Assembly (NCBI RefSeq): GCF_018977255.1
Contig: NW_024704743.1
Coordinates: 50,594,001 to 50,658,000, forward strand
Direction of reading: 5' to 3'
Length of the DNA: 64,000 nucleotides
DNA from: Callorhinchus milii
Taxonomy: Eukaryota
Under the pieces are notes generated by a model. That model ran no database searches. It was not told where the DNA came from and saw only the letters and a program-made list of their open reading frames with translations. Shown piece after piece: positions 26,176-38,558 of this stretch. Made by a program: the position numbers and the translations under genes. How positions within the stretch are numbered: the first letter of the stretch is position 1; the number at the start of each line of letters is the position of its first letter.

Positions 26176-26985
26176 GTTAAATACGTATCTGTACAGGTGG
26201 GTGAGAGTACTGTAGGGTTAGATGCAACCTCATGCAAAAACAATATTTCCGAATTGCTGGTAGGGAGGGTGTATGAAAGAGTCAGAATGCTGTCTGGCAG
26301 GAAGGGGACAAGGGTTGGGTGCTGGAGATGTGGAACTGAAGGCTATGCTGAATCTTTTCTTCAATTGCTTCAAAAATGAGACATGTGTTTTTGATCATAA
26401 AACAGCCAAGGATGTTCCTGTGTATTTTTTCCAGGGCTGATATAAAGTACAAACAGTGTCTACTTGTTACAATGCTGTTATTTACAGAAATGCTTGTGTT
26501 TGATGGCTTCCCAGATTGACAGCCTCTAATCTACAATAGGAAAACTCCACAAATAGCTTCCGATCTTTTAACAATGTCACAACTTCAAGAAATAAGTAGA
26601 CAACAGTAGTAATGCACATGGTCTTGGATGACTAATAAAAGTACACGTTTCACTTTGAGGATTTAGGTTAAAAAAAAAGCAGTTTAGGGTTTCAAATCTG
26701 AAATTAAATACGTGTTCCATACAGGTCAGGTCAAACCACATTTCCAGCTTCTCTCAATTCAGTGTGCACATAAACTTTAAAAGATGATTTTACAGGGTAA
26801 GACTAGGCGTTTTTTTCGGGTCACAGGCGATAATCCCAAACTTAAACTTCACTTTATGTTATACCTGAATCCTTCCACGAGCTGACTGTCTTTGCAAATA
26901 TTCTGACAATTCATGACTTATGCACAATATTCTTTTTAAATAGGCAAAAAGATTACTGAGAGAATAAAAGAATTCCCTTACATAC

Positions 26986-27271
26986 ATTTCTTGCGCCTCC
27001 CGCAGAAGTGCTGCTTTTGAAGCCGTCCATGTTTGTAGTCATTCCGCCGTCGATGTTGGTGATTGTATTTAAGGCTGTGACGTCCAGCACCCGCCTGCTT
27101 TTGGCTCATGGTTACCTCATTGTTGTGCAGATGAACTTTGGGCTCTGCTGATCTCTTGTAAAGGACATGAGGATGGTGCCCTTCCGGGGCTGTGTAATTA
27201 TGTTTAAGTGCGAGGTGCTGAGGTAGCGGTGTCAGAAAGTAATCCGCTTCTGCCGTCCTTATCAAACCTGA
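26986..27271 (-). CDS. ADAMTS16: ADAMTS16 exon 4-equivalent (286 nt), pro-domain: SGLIRTAEADYFLTPLPQHL...HPHVLYKRS...QKQHFCGRRKK
   Basis: Acceptor ctctttctag|TCA and donor T|gtatgt. Motifs GLIRT..DYFL.PL, HPHVLYKR and HFCGRRKK are typical of ADAMTS16/18. Confidence 0.93.
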
Positions 27272-27636
27272 CTAGAAAGAGAGGAAATTGAGAGTTTATT
27301 ATGTTGTATACAGAATTGCACCGAGTCAGACAGGAAATGTAAACAGATTATTTGTAGCTTTGCACAAATGTTAGAGTAAGGCATTCCCAGTACCTTCATT
27401 CTGCTTTTCAAGGTGCCCAACAACCACATATAGTTATAATAATAATCCTTTCACTTGACATAGTGTCTTTCACGTTGGGAGGATGTCTCAAAGATCTTCA
27501 CAGTATTTACTGCAGAGTGTAGTGACTGTACATTTTGTAATCAAACAGTCCCACATTTCATCACTTCCTATCATAAATAATAATAATAATTCTTGCATTT
27601 GATATAGCGCTGGCGAGACGTTTCAAAGTGCTTCAT

Positions 27637-28204
27637 AACAACAACAACAAGATTACATTTGTACAGCGCCTTTCACGTTGGGAGAACGTCCCAGGGCGCT
27701 GGACAGAGTACAGCATTTCAGACCCGAGCTGGTGTCGGGGGGGGAGAAGGGAGGGGAGGGGAAGGGTGGTGGCCAATGGCATGGTCGAAGAGGAGGGTCT
27801 TGAGGCAGGACTTGAAGGAGGCTTAGGAGGGGGCGAGGCGGAGTGATTGGGGGATGGAATTCCAGAGGTTGGGGCAGAGTGGCTGAAGGCTCTTCCGCCA
27901 ATAGTGGGGCGGGTGGGTCGGGGGACGTGGAGCAGGCCAGAGCCGGCTGAGCGGAGGGAACGGGCGGGTTGGTAGGGGGTTGGAGGTTACAGAGGTAGGG
28001 TGGGACGAGGCCATGGAGGGCTTTGTATGTGAGGACCAGGATCTTGAACTCGATCCTCTGAAGTATAGGGAGCCAGTGGAATCGGGCGAGAATGGGGGAG
28101 ATGGGGTCACGGAGTTTGGTACAAAGAGGACACGGTCTGCAGAGTTCTGGATTATCTGCAGCCTGTGGAGGGAGGAGTTGGGAAGGCCGACAAGCAGGGC
28201 TTGT
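27637..28204 (-). mobile_element. L2-clade LINE 3' end, young, inserted into a SINE tail
   Basis: PISPILARFHWLPILQRIEFKILVLTYKALHGLVPPYL, NLWNSIPQSLRLAP and a (TTG)n tail. Flanks aaagtgcttca / caggatgtaaagtg rejoin into a SINE tail. Confidence 0.9.
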
Positions 28205-29554
28205 CACAGGATGTAAAGTGGATTGACTCTGTATTTTGTGGGCAAAACACAGAGTGAGTGACCAATTTCCTTGAGTAGGTTACACAAATTTGGTGTTAGG
28301 TGTGGATTTTAAGTCCTTCGACCTGCATTAATCCAATGGCAGCACTTTTGGGATTTCATAGAGAAAAATCCTTAGAATAAAGAAAACTTTCTGAAGACCA
28401 TGAATTCCTGTTGGCCTCTGCATAATTATAGGATTTTTAGTCATTATACTTACTATTGCAATCTAGGTTATCTGCAGACTTCCTCACAAGGCAGTCAGTA
28501 ACTCAAGTCTCAATGGTATTTACAGTCAATGGTCAAATGGGAAGAACCTTTTGTGTTCAGTTGAAAATTGTAGAGCATTTCAAGCTGCCAAAGGCCATAT
28601 GAAGTGGCCTTTGAATTGGTTCTGGCTATCTTTGACTCTTGAGGACCAAACTTCACAATCATAGCCCTGCATTTTTTCCTTTATTTGGGGCAAGACATAA
28701 ATCCTCCACTTGTACTCCAGTCTCACAGCCCGGGTTTAAAAAGGGTGACAAATGTCAATTTAGGACAACCGCAACATTCAAAAAACGTATTCAACTCAGG
28801 CACAGGAGTCCAGTAAGTCAGCTTCAGGGAGAGAGAGAGAGAGGGAGAGAGAGAAAACACATTCCAGGCCATTTGTTCAATCCCTGGGAAGCTGATAAAC
28901 TAAACTACTTGTTACTAAAAGGCTTTTTTCAGACCTTTTAGAAACAAATTCTTAACTGACTCATCTTGGATGTGGTGACAAAGACTCCTCTGATTTATGG
29001 GCTGTAGCTAAGTGAAGAGAAACACACTCTTCACTTCTCAACAAAACTACCTTTTATCCTGAACTTCTTGGATCTCATCAACGTTAGGAGTATGAACGTC
29101 AATAGTCATTTGTACCTCAGTTACATTGAGAGAATCTAGTTCGAATACAGAGGTGACTTAAGAGAATGCCATCATGGTTTTAAACTCAATAAATTGTCAA
29201 TAAATCAAAATTTCCTGTATTTCTTTGATGAAATAACTAAATTGGTGGACAGGGTTCTAGTGAAGATCCACAGGAACCTTTTCTGGGCCTTTTGCTGTTG
29301 AAACTATTGTATTCCTATCTACCTAGTTATATAAGGAGTCCTCACTATAATAATAATCCTTGCACTTGATATAGCACCTTAACACGTCTCTGAGACCTCT
29401 CAAAGCACTTCACTGTATATCATAGAATCAGAGAATCATACAGCACAGTTCTTTATTCAGTTTTTTTTAAAAGAAGTTATTCATTTTTCTCAGAGGCCCC
29501 TGGGTTCCAATGCCCATTTTGAAGCAAGGCTTTTATTTTGTTTTTTATTATCGA

Positions 29555-29935
29555 AATTTATGGCACAGAAGAAGGGTGTTCAGCCCAATGCGTCTCCTTC
29601 AAGAGCAATCCTTTCAGTCATTTACTTGTCCTTTCTCTGTACTCCTGTAGCTGAGTTTTTTTAAGCTATTTGTCTAGTTCCCTCTTGAAAGCTAATATAG
29701 ATTCTGTCTCAACCTCAGCTCCCGGCATGGCATTCCATACCTTAAGTACTCTATGCGTGAGATCAATTCTCCTAACCTCCCCATTTTCTTATTTACTAAC
29801 TATCTTAAATTGATGCCCTCTAGTTACTAACTCACTGACCAGTGGAAATAATTTCTCCCTATTGGCTCTATCAAATCCCGTCATAATTTTAAAGAGCTCT
29901 ATCAGGTCACCCCTCAACCTTCTTTGTCCTATGGG
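29555..29935 (-). mobile_element. CR1 LINE 3' fragment
   Basis: RRLRGDLIELFKIMTGFDR..EKLFPL...TRGHQFKI on the minus strand, followed by a degenerate 3'UTR. Confidence 0.8.
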
Positions 29936-31432
29936 AAAATGTCCCAATTCTGACCTCCAGTATTTATTTTTAAAGAATATTACGAAATGCTCAGAATAAA
30001 ATGAATATGTCATACGGGAGGCAAGCAGTGGATCTCTGTGGTTGAACTGCCTCTGAAATGGTGCAATTAGTGAAGATAGGCAGGTGTGCAGGGATCCACA
30101 CTGTACTGGTACTTGGAACAGTACACCTCGACGTGTTCACAGCCCTGCAAGCACAGAGGATACTCCAAGTTGGAGGAATGCCATGCTGTGCAATTTACCA
30201 AGTCTGCAAACCAGGTTCAAATATCAGTTTCTCAGCCAATAAAACTGATAAACTGGATAAATACAGTTTGGGACATATGTGCAGGCGACCACCAGGAAGG
30301 TGGAAGGCGAACTAGATGGACCTTGATCTATTTTCGTCTAGCAATTCTTATGTTCTTAAGTTCTTATGAACAATGAAAGGATTGCTCTTAAAAGAGCTAC
30401 ACAGACATGATGAGCTGATGGCCTTCTTCTGCATTGTAAATTTCTGTGGTTAGGATGGAATGACATCTAAATACTCCATGAGAACAATGATTCCTTTACT
30501 GCTGTGAATAAGGAGGACATTTGTGAAATGCAGCTGTTGGTCGGGGTAAATAATAATAGTCAAATATGTGTGGAAGCCTTTGGGCTCAGCGATAAATTTT
30601 GTAGATTGTTCTCTCGGAAAATTAAATAAGTGGAGTAGAGTCCATGATAGGGTAGAGAATGCATAGTCTGTAAAACGGGTCAGGTTTGATTAAATAAATG
30701 GCCATTTGTCATCCAATGCTCTTCTAAGTTCTTATACGCATTAACAAGCACATCTTGTTTTGTTTTAACTTGTAACAGAGCAGTCTCCAAGTTTTATTTT
30801 AAAATATGTCAATCCTGATCTGTCAGGAGCATGAGATACAAATCTTGGCCTGTGATGTGCAGGTTTCATAATGATAACATATTCAGATGGCAATCTGCAC
30901 ATTGTATCAGTACATTATAATTCAACACAGAATACAAAACAATAAGGGAGTGAATGTTTAGGGGCCAAGCTCATTCATGAACCAAAACGAGTCTTAACAT
31001 TGTGCTGGTTATAGGGGCATTTTTATTCTATTTTATTCCAAAAAGGATGAGCAGAGAAATCTTTTAGTGAAACGGTGACAAGCTCAAGAAAAAAAAACTA
31101 CTGTACTAACAAGCGCTTTGGGACGTCCTCCCGACGTGAAAAGCGCTATATGAAATGCAAGGATTATATTATTATAACTCAGGTGGTGGAACAAGAAACT
31201 AAAATGTGTTTTGAAAGAAACTTCCTGGAAGTTAAAAGGATCAGGCTTATAAAATGATGAGACACATGTGTCAACAGATTCACTTGGGATGTTTCATGGG
31301 TGAGTTACATCGAACCGTGAGTTTATGGGGGAAAAAACAGGCAAGTGGAACTGAATGTATTTCACTTTCAAAGAGCCATTGCAAACACAATGGGCTGAAT
31401 GGCCTTCCTCTGTATTGTAAATAATAATATAA

Positions 31433-31610
31433 AAATAATCCTTGCATTTGATATAGCGCTTTTCTCGTCTTCTAGATGTCTCAAAGCGCTTCACAAAATA
31501 TACTGTAAAGTGAATTGACCATATATTTGTGGGCGAAACGCGGCAGCCAAATTGCACACAGCAGTGTTCCACAAACAGTCATGGATTGAAGTGACCAATT
31601 TATTTATTTT
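31433..31610 (-). mobile_element. Young SINE 3' half (Deu-like part plus L2-type tail); near-identical relatives at 36700-36890 (-), 38865-39000 (+), 49770-49874 (+) and 54610-54786 (+)
   Basis: ataatccttgcatttgatatagcgcttttc...tctcaaagcgcttcacaaaatatactgtaaagtgaattgac...gtgggcgaaacgcggcagccaa. Confidence 0.78.
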
Positions 31611-31849
31611 TTTTCTTGAGGGATTATTGACTATAGAATTGTCAGTGCGGCTCAGTTGGAAGTAGTGTCACCTCTGGCAGTAGTAGGTTCTGGAGGGACT
31701 GGGAAAGAACTGCATTGTGGGAGATGCTGTATTTCAGATGAGAGGTTAAAGCAAGATTATTTCTGCTTGTTGTGCATTAAAGACTCCATAACACTTTTCG
31801 AAAGAGAGTTTCTCCTGGGGTCCTGGCAACAGTCTTCCAAATTAATCAT

Positions 31850-32235
31850 TCACCCACCACACATCAACTCTTCCATGCCCCTTTTTAAGCACCCTCCATC
31901 CTCACCTTGAATGCCAAATGCAAATAGACTTCCTCATATTGAAAATAGACAACATCCGCTTGGCTACTTCCACTTTCCACCCCACCCCTCCCACCCCCAT
32001 CCCAGAACTCCTAGTTCCCCCTCTACTGCCGCAACTACTACTCCCTTCCAAAATTCATCCTCCACCCCATTTCTACCTTATCCTTCAAACCCCTCTTCAA
32101 TCGGATGAAACCTACTACCTGCTCCCTCGACCTCATCCCCACTCAATTATTGACCCCAACTCCCACTCTTTTAGCACTTCTGGTGGACACAGTCAACCTA
32201 TCTCTTTCCTTCAGTACCGTCCCGCTATCCTTTAA
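31850..32235 (+). mobile_element. Degenerate internal L2 ORF2 fragment
   Basis: MKPTTCSLDLIPTQLL...LVDTVNLSLSFSTVPLSF is homologous to 62805-62950. Confidence 0.7.
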
Positions 32236-32522
32236 TACTGAGTCATCAACAACAAGAACAAATTACTATGTTTATTACAAAATTAAATTAAACTACAAAA
32301 ATAACATCAATAAATCATTATGGTTCTATGATCTGCCTCCCTCCTGTAGCCTGCAACTGTAAAGGGAAAAAATACTCATCTTTCTAACAGTTCAGTAAAC
32401 CAAGTAATAACATTGTTTTTGCAATTGTGAGAGGAGGAAATAATAATCTTGTATTTATAAAGTGCCTTTTACATAAAAATAAAACTTCTCAAAGTGCTTT
32501 ACAAAACACAATTGATTAGAAT

Positions 32523-33108
32523 TGTGTTAGCGTTCATTGCAAAAGGTATAGAGTACAAGAGTAGGGAAGTCTTGCTGCAACTGTATAGGGCCCTGGTGAG
32601 ACCGCACCTAGAGTATTGTGTGCAGTTTTGGTCTCCTTATTTAAAAAAGGACATACTTCCCCTAGAGGGGGTGCAGCGTAGATTCACTCGGTTAGTTCCT
32701 GGGATGAGGGGACTGACCTATGAGGATAGGCTGAATAAACTAGGGCTGTATTCTCTAGAGTACAGAAGAATTCGGGGAGATCTTATTGAAACATGTAAGA
32801 TTCTTAAAGGGCTGGATAAAGTAGACACTGAGGGTCTGTTTCCCCTGGTAGGAGAATCTATAACCAGGGATCACAGTCTTAAGTCTTATTTATGGAATTC
32901 ACTACCCCAGAAAGCTGTAGATGCTCAGTCCTTGAACATCTTCAAGGCTGAGACTGATAGATTTTTAAAAAATAGAGGGATTAGGGGATACGGGGACAGG
33001 GCAGGTAGTTAGCGTTAGGTCTGAAGATCAGCCATGATCTTATCGAATGGCGGGGCAGGCTCGAGGGGCCGAATGGCCTACTCCTGCTCCTAATTTTTAT
33101 GTTCTTAT
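32523..33108 (+). mobile_element. CR1-clade LINE 3' end, relatively young
   Basis: GIEYKSREVLLQLYRALVRPHLEYCVQFWSPYLKKDI..LEGVQRRFTRLVPGM..LGLYSLEYRRIRGDLIE, WNSLP; 3'UTR ggggcaggctcgaggggccgaatggcctactcctgctcct..ttatgttcttat. Confidence 0.92.
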
Positions 33109-33779
33109 ATACACAATGATTGTGTGCGATTAAAGTCCCATGAACACCAATGAGATGGGTAACCAATTAATTTTGATATGGGGGTGAATTTGGAATAGGA
33201 GAGTTGTATTAACCAAGATAACTGGGAGAAAGATCCCACGTTTCTTTGAAATAAGAACCTAAATTTCTTGGAAATATACAATGCCCCTTCCGGTAGGAAA
33301 TTTTAAAAATACACAAAAGTATAACTTTAAACTTGATTCAAGATAGCTAATATCAAGAGAAGCAGGACTTAAATACTTCCCCTCCCAGAAAATAGTTGGG
33401 GCTTAATCACAGCTAATAGACCATCATTAGGACAACTTAATTTATGTTCTTTGGACAAGGCTTTAGGATTTGGAACAGAGGGTTTGGGAGGTGATGAAAG
33501 ACTTAAGCTCCGGTAAAATGGATAAGCATCTTTATACAATTTCAATTAGACTAAAAGCCTGCAATCATTCAACACTATATAACCGTTAAAGGAACCACAG
33601 AAATGTCCTTTTAAAACTGCTACATTTTTGAAATCACAACGTAGACCAACACAGCTTGGACCAACTTGCAGTTTCATAGCCTGGGGGGTTCACTTCAGGA
33701 GCCATAATGGATAAACCAGCTTTACAATGATCGATTTTTTTAAAGAAAAGTAAAATGAGTGTTGATTTAAAACTATTAA

Positions 33780-34095
33780 GTAATAATAATAATCCTTGCA
33801 TTTTATATTGCGCCTTATCACGTCGTCAAGACGTGTTAAAGTGCTTCATAGGATATACTGTAAAGTGATGTGACTGTGTGCATTTTGGGGGCAAACAAGG
33901 CAGCTAATGTGCACACAGCTGTATCCCACAAACAAACATGAAGTGTGTGATCAATTTTTATTTGGGGGATTGTTGGCAAAAACACTAGGAGACTCTTGTC
34001 TTTTGGATAGTACCATGAGATGTTTAACATCCACTTGGTCAGGCAAACAGGATGCAGATTTAACATTTCATCTGAAGGATGGATGCTCCACACAC
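33780..34095 (-). mobile_element. Deu-domain SINE, 5'-truncated
   Basis: (AAT)n-ccttgcatt tail and the same body motifs in reverse orientation. Confidence 0.7.
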
Positions 34096-34794
34096 TGCCT
34101 ATCAGTAAAAAGTATAAGATTTGCAGAATAACTGCAAATTAACTTTCAACATATCTGTAATGTTTTTCTCTTTTGCTGCTCATTTGTGAACATATTTTTC
34201 AAACTGGAATACAACAACAACAAGATTACATTTGTATAGGGCCTTTCACGTCGGGAGGGTGTCCCAAGGCACTGAATACAGAGTTTACAATATTTGTAAA
34301 ATGTAAACAAACTTGTACAGTTCTTTTCCCATAGGAGAACACCTCAAAGCTCTTTACATGGATATTCTGAAACAAACAAGGTAGGAAGGAAATGAAAGCT
34401 TTATAAAGGTAGAGGAGTGAAGAGCTTTATTGGAGGAAATTTCAAAGAGGATAGGGAATGGAAGCTTGGCCACCAAGAGTAGAACAGAGGGGAGAGAAGG
34501 ATGAGCAGCAGGCCTGAGCTTGCAGAAAAAAGGGAAGAGTAAGACTCAAAATGCTGGGAAGGTTTTAATTGGTTATATTAATAGAACACAAATGATTAAC
34601 ATGAATAACTCAAAAGGAAATCTCGGAATCAGCTTAGTACCAGGACAGAACCAGTTCCACTAGTTTAGATCAGAATGGGAAATCAGTACTAGATGGATAA
34701 CACGTTAATAGATTCTTACACAGTACAAACTTGGGAGTGAATGAAGGACCGACAATAGGGCATCGAGTCTCCATGATGTGTGCAAATGCTTCCT

Positions 34795-35050
34795 TCTAAT
34801 TTACAGCCTTCCCTGTGGTTACAGGTCTGTGGAGACATGGAATTCTCCAGCCCCAAAAACTGTAGAGGTGGAATCAATAGAGATGTTTAAAAGAGATACA
34901 GAGTGATAGATTGATATTTGGTAGTAAGGGTGTTAAGGGATATGATGCAAAGATGGGGCATTGGGATTTAGAGATCTGCTAAAATCAAATAAACTGGTAG
35001 AACAGGCTTGGTGGGCTGAATGCCCTCCTGTTCCTGTTTTTTTGTGTTCC
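34795..35050 (+). mobile_element. CR1 LINE 3' fragment, diverged
   Basis: tggaattctccagccccaaaaactgtagagg...atgtttaaaagaga...ggtgttaagggatatg...gggctgaatgccctcctgttcct. Confidence 0.68.
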
Positions 35051-35224
35051 ATGCAATGGTGCTACTGCTTTTTTCAAGGATGATAACAGGAATTATTAAT
35101 TAACCTCGAAAAACACTCATAAAAAATTGTGCTACTTATTGGCCAATCGGCTTTCAATATTGTATTTCATTAGAATGTTTTCAACCACATCATGAGTAAT
35201 TTTATACCAAGAACATTACACTTT

Positions 35225-35592
35225 AAAACATCCTTACATTTGAAATAATGTCTTTCACATTAGGAGGACGTCTCAAAGGGTTTCACAGGATATGCAGCCA
35301 ATTTGCATACAGCAGTGTCTCACAACAGCCATGAAGTGAATGACCAATTATATTTGGTCAGGAAACTGGGAGAAACTGTCTTCTCTTTTCAAATAGGGCC
35401 ATGGGATCTTTAATGTCCACCTCAACAGGGCCTTGGTTTAACACCTCATCTGAAGGACGCACCTCAAACGATGCAGTACTCTCCCAGCATTGGAGTATCA
35501 GCCTGGACCTTATGAGTTCTACACTCCACGGGGCTTGAACCCATGACCTACTGACTCAGACGTGAAAATGCTACGACTGAGACAGGCTGACA
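35225..35592 (-). mobile_element. Deu-domain SINE, near full length
   Basis: Reverse complement of the 22966 element: ggcttgaacccatgacctactgactcaga head, gccatgggatctttaatgtccac body. Confidence 0.78.
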
Positions 35593-38195
35593 TGCTGGCA
35601 GCAATCCAAACTATGAGGTTCGTGAAATACTGCACATAACCTCCATCCAAGTTTTTTTTTAAATCAATTATTCTTAAAACTAAAGGTACTGCATTTCTCT
35701 ACCTCACACTATCGTTACTTTTTTGCAGACGCTGTGAATTTAAAGTTCTGATTGGCTTTGAATATTTTCTTACTTAAAACTATACTCTAAGACTTCACAC
35801 TGCACACTTAAACTCCAAATAGGAGAAACTGCATTTCACATCAGCAAAATCATCATGAAAGTAAAATCGTTTAAGAGTTGTATACACTTATTTGAAGCAA
35901 ATGGTTATGAATAAAACAGACAAACAGATGGTAAATCATTTTTCACAATGAAGTGAACAAATATTCAGAAGTAGCAAAACTCCTTGTGAATTGTTCCCTT
36001 CCTCTCACCTGCAGATTCAGTCATCAGGTAATGTGGGCTATGGGAATTTCTAATATGAATTTAATGATACATATGCAGCATTCTCAAAAAAAATTCCCTC
36101 GCTGCTTTAGTGAATACAAGCATTCCATAAACTACTGCTGGGTGTCCAATCTCAAATGCCACCATTAGAATTTGCAGTAAGTTTATACCGTGAAGTAAGG
36201 AGATACCTACCCAGGGTGGATCATGAGGCATTTAATTAATTCAGTTGTCACACTACACACACTCAATTCCAAACTATGAACTCCCTCAAGCACCCATTGT
36301 TTGTCCTGCTGGGCTCAATCATCTACCCAAACACAGCAGATTCACACAGGCATGGTATTAACAGCTGCGTTAGATTATATTCTTTCTTTAAGGCACAACC
36401 GAGGAAGTGCTCAGAATATTTTTCTGCATGCAAAAAAAATAACTTGCATTTTTATAGCCCTTTATCAGGTTGAAATATCAAAATATTTCCTTTCAAGTGT
36501 AGCCGCAGCTTTCTGTAGGCCAACATGGCAGCTATTTTATGCATGGCGAGGTCCCATACATAGCCATAAGATCAAGTGTATTTGGAGCATTGCTGGCTAG
36601 GACACCAGTAGAAATTCCCTTCTGTATTTCAAATAGAGTCAGGGGATCTTTAATCTCAATCTGAAGAATCAGCAGGTTGAATGTTTCGTCCAAAGGATAA
36701 CATCTTTGAGACGCCTCAAAGCATTTCACAGAATATACTGTAAAGTGAATTGACTGTATATTTTGTGGGCGAAACACCGCAGCCAATTGCGCACAGCAGA
36801 GTCCCACAAACAGTCAAGGATTGAAGTGACCAATTTATTATTATTTTTTCTTGAAGGATTTATTACCCCCGGAAAAGCAATCTGCCAATCGACTAACAAT
36901 AGTCATTATTCTCTCCCATAAACAATCTGGTAAAGACTGTGAAACTTCGTTCAAGCAGACACTTGAGTGCGATGCTCAAGAATGGGATGCTCATTGTAAT
37001 GTCCTAGGTGAGTGTCCAGCACACAAGTTATTCTGACACTGATCAAGAATGTTTTAAATCTTTCAGCTTTCTCTCACCTGCAGCACAATCATCAACCATT
37101 AAAACATGAACAATATTGAAAACAAACAGCCATTCCTGAAATGTTATGTACAGCAATATTAAACCTGTAGCAGGAGTTGGGGTCCCAGCACATTTGCAAG
37201 GGCAGAGGTTTGTCCTCTGTGTCACTACACCGTTAATGGTTGTAGATTCAAGCTCCAAGTTGGAAGTTTGAGCTCACAGTCCTTTCTGACACTCCAATTC
37301 ACTGCTTGGGGTGTGTGCATTGGTGAATGTCCGATGGCACTATTCGAAAAGAAAAGAGAGTTTCTCGCAGTGTCCTGGTGAGTGATGAAATCACTTCAGG
37401 GCTGTTTGCAGGATATTGCTCTGTGGACATTGACTGCCACATTTATCTACAAATACACAGTCCTTACACTGCACAGTATAATCCTATGAAGTGCTTTGAG
37501 ACATCTTGTTTATGTGATTAACGACTACATTAAATGCAAGGGTTACAATTACCCATCTAAGCAACGTCATGAAAAAGAATAAAAATCAGAGGGATTGTCA
37601 CCGAAGGTAACACTCCTGCAGGTCCTGGTAGCTGTAAAATGCAGCAATAGCTGAGGTCCAATTAGGCAGATAATGCAATTTTAGGTTGCAAACTTTCTGT
37701 TGCATTAACACAAGAATAACATTTAACCATGCGAATTTGGACTGTTTTGACAACACAACTTCTTTCTCTTTCTGATCTATTGAATAGACATGGCAAGGGT
37801 TCTGCATTTCTATACACGCCATCCTGAGTGTGGCAGAATGGGGGTAGAAAGAAGGGATGCATTCCCTCCTCCCAAGGCAAGAATCAGACCTGGGTCCTCT
37901 CGCTTAGGAGGCAAGCCTGCTAACCACTGTAAGAGCAGGCAAAGTGTTAAGCCTGCAAAACAGTTTACAATAAACCATGTAGTGCTTTGAGATGTCCTAA
38001 CATGAAAGATCTTTATCACAAGTATAAGGATTATTATTTTCTGCACACCCCCCACCTACGAGATTCCGCATTCAGGATGGGGGGAAAGACACTGATAAAT
38101 GTAGAAAACCAACTAAAAAAAACTCCTCAAATCTATAATCCACAACTATCTTGTACAAAAGGAGAGAAAAAAACCCTCAAGTTTGTACGATTTGT

Positions 38196-38558
38196 GGAGT
38201 CCTGTAATTTATTGGTTAGACCAATCGCCTCACAAGCGAGAGGACCCAGGTTCTATTCCAGGTGGGTTGGGCGAAACCTTAGGCAAGTTTCTTTACTCCA
38301 CACACCTCTGTTCACCTAGCAATAAGTAGGAGTCCGTATGTTAGTCGATCGGTAGATCGCTTTCTAGGGATAATAATCCCTTCCCCCCAAAAAAAATCAC
38401 AACTGTTTGTGGGACACTGCTGTGTGCAATTTGCTGCCGTGTTTCGCCCACAAAATATATGGTCAATCCACTTTACAGTATATTCTGTGAAGCACTTTTG
38501 AGATGTCTAGAAGACATGATAAGGTGCTAGATCAACTGTAAGGATTATTATTATTATT
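38196..38558 (+). mobile_element. Near full-length tRNA-derived SINE, same family as 883-1258
   Basis: Head ggagtcc...tggttagac..tcgcctcacaagcgagaggacccaggttctattcc; CORE-like ttaggcaagtttc...ctctgttcacctagcaataagtagg; tail aaggattattattatt. Confidence 0.8.

Noticed and set aside
27268..27275. Alternative acceptor (TAG|TCAG|) 4 nt inside exon 4
   Set aside because: It would frameshift, whereas the upstream AG keeps the frame and the conserved SGLIRT. Nothing in the sequence supports its use.
28991..29000. Perfect Pbx-Hox site TGATTTATGG
   Set aside because: An isolated 10-mer with too little supporting context to call an enhancer from sequence alone.
32494..33012. 172-aa ORF as a host gene or an active retroelement
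   Set aside because: It is the 5'-truncated C-terminus of CR1 ORF2 with an internal deletion and no RT catalytic core.
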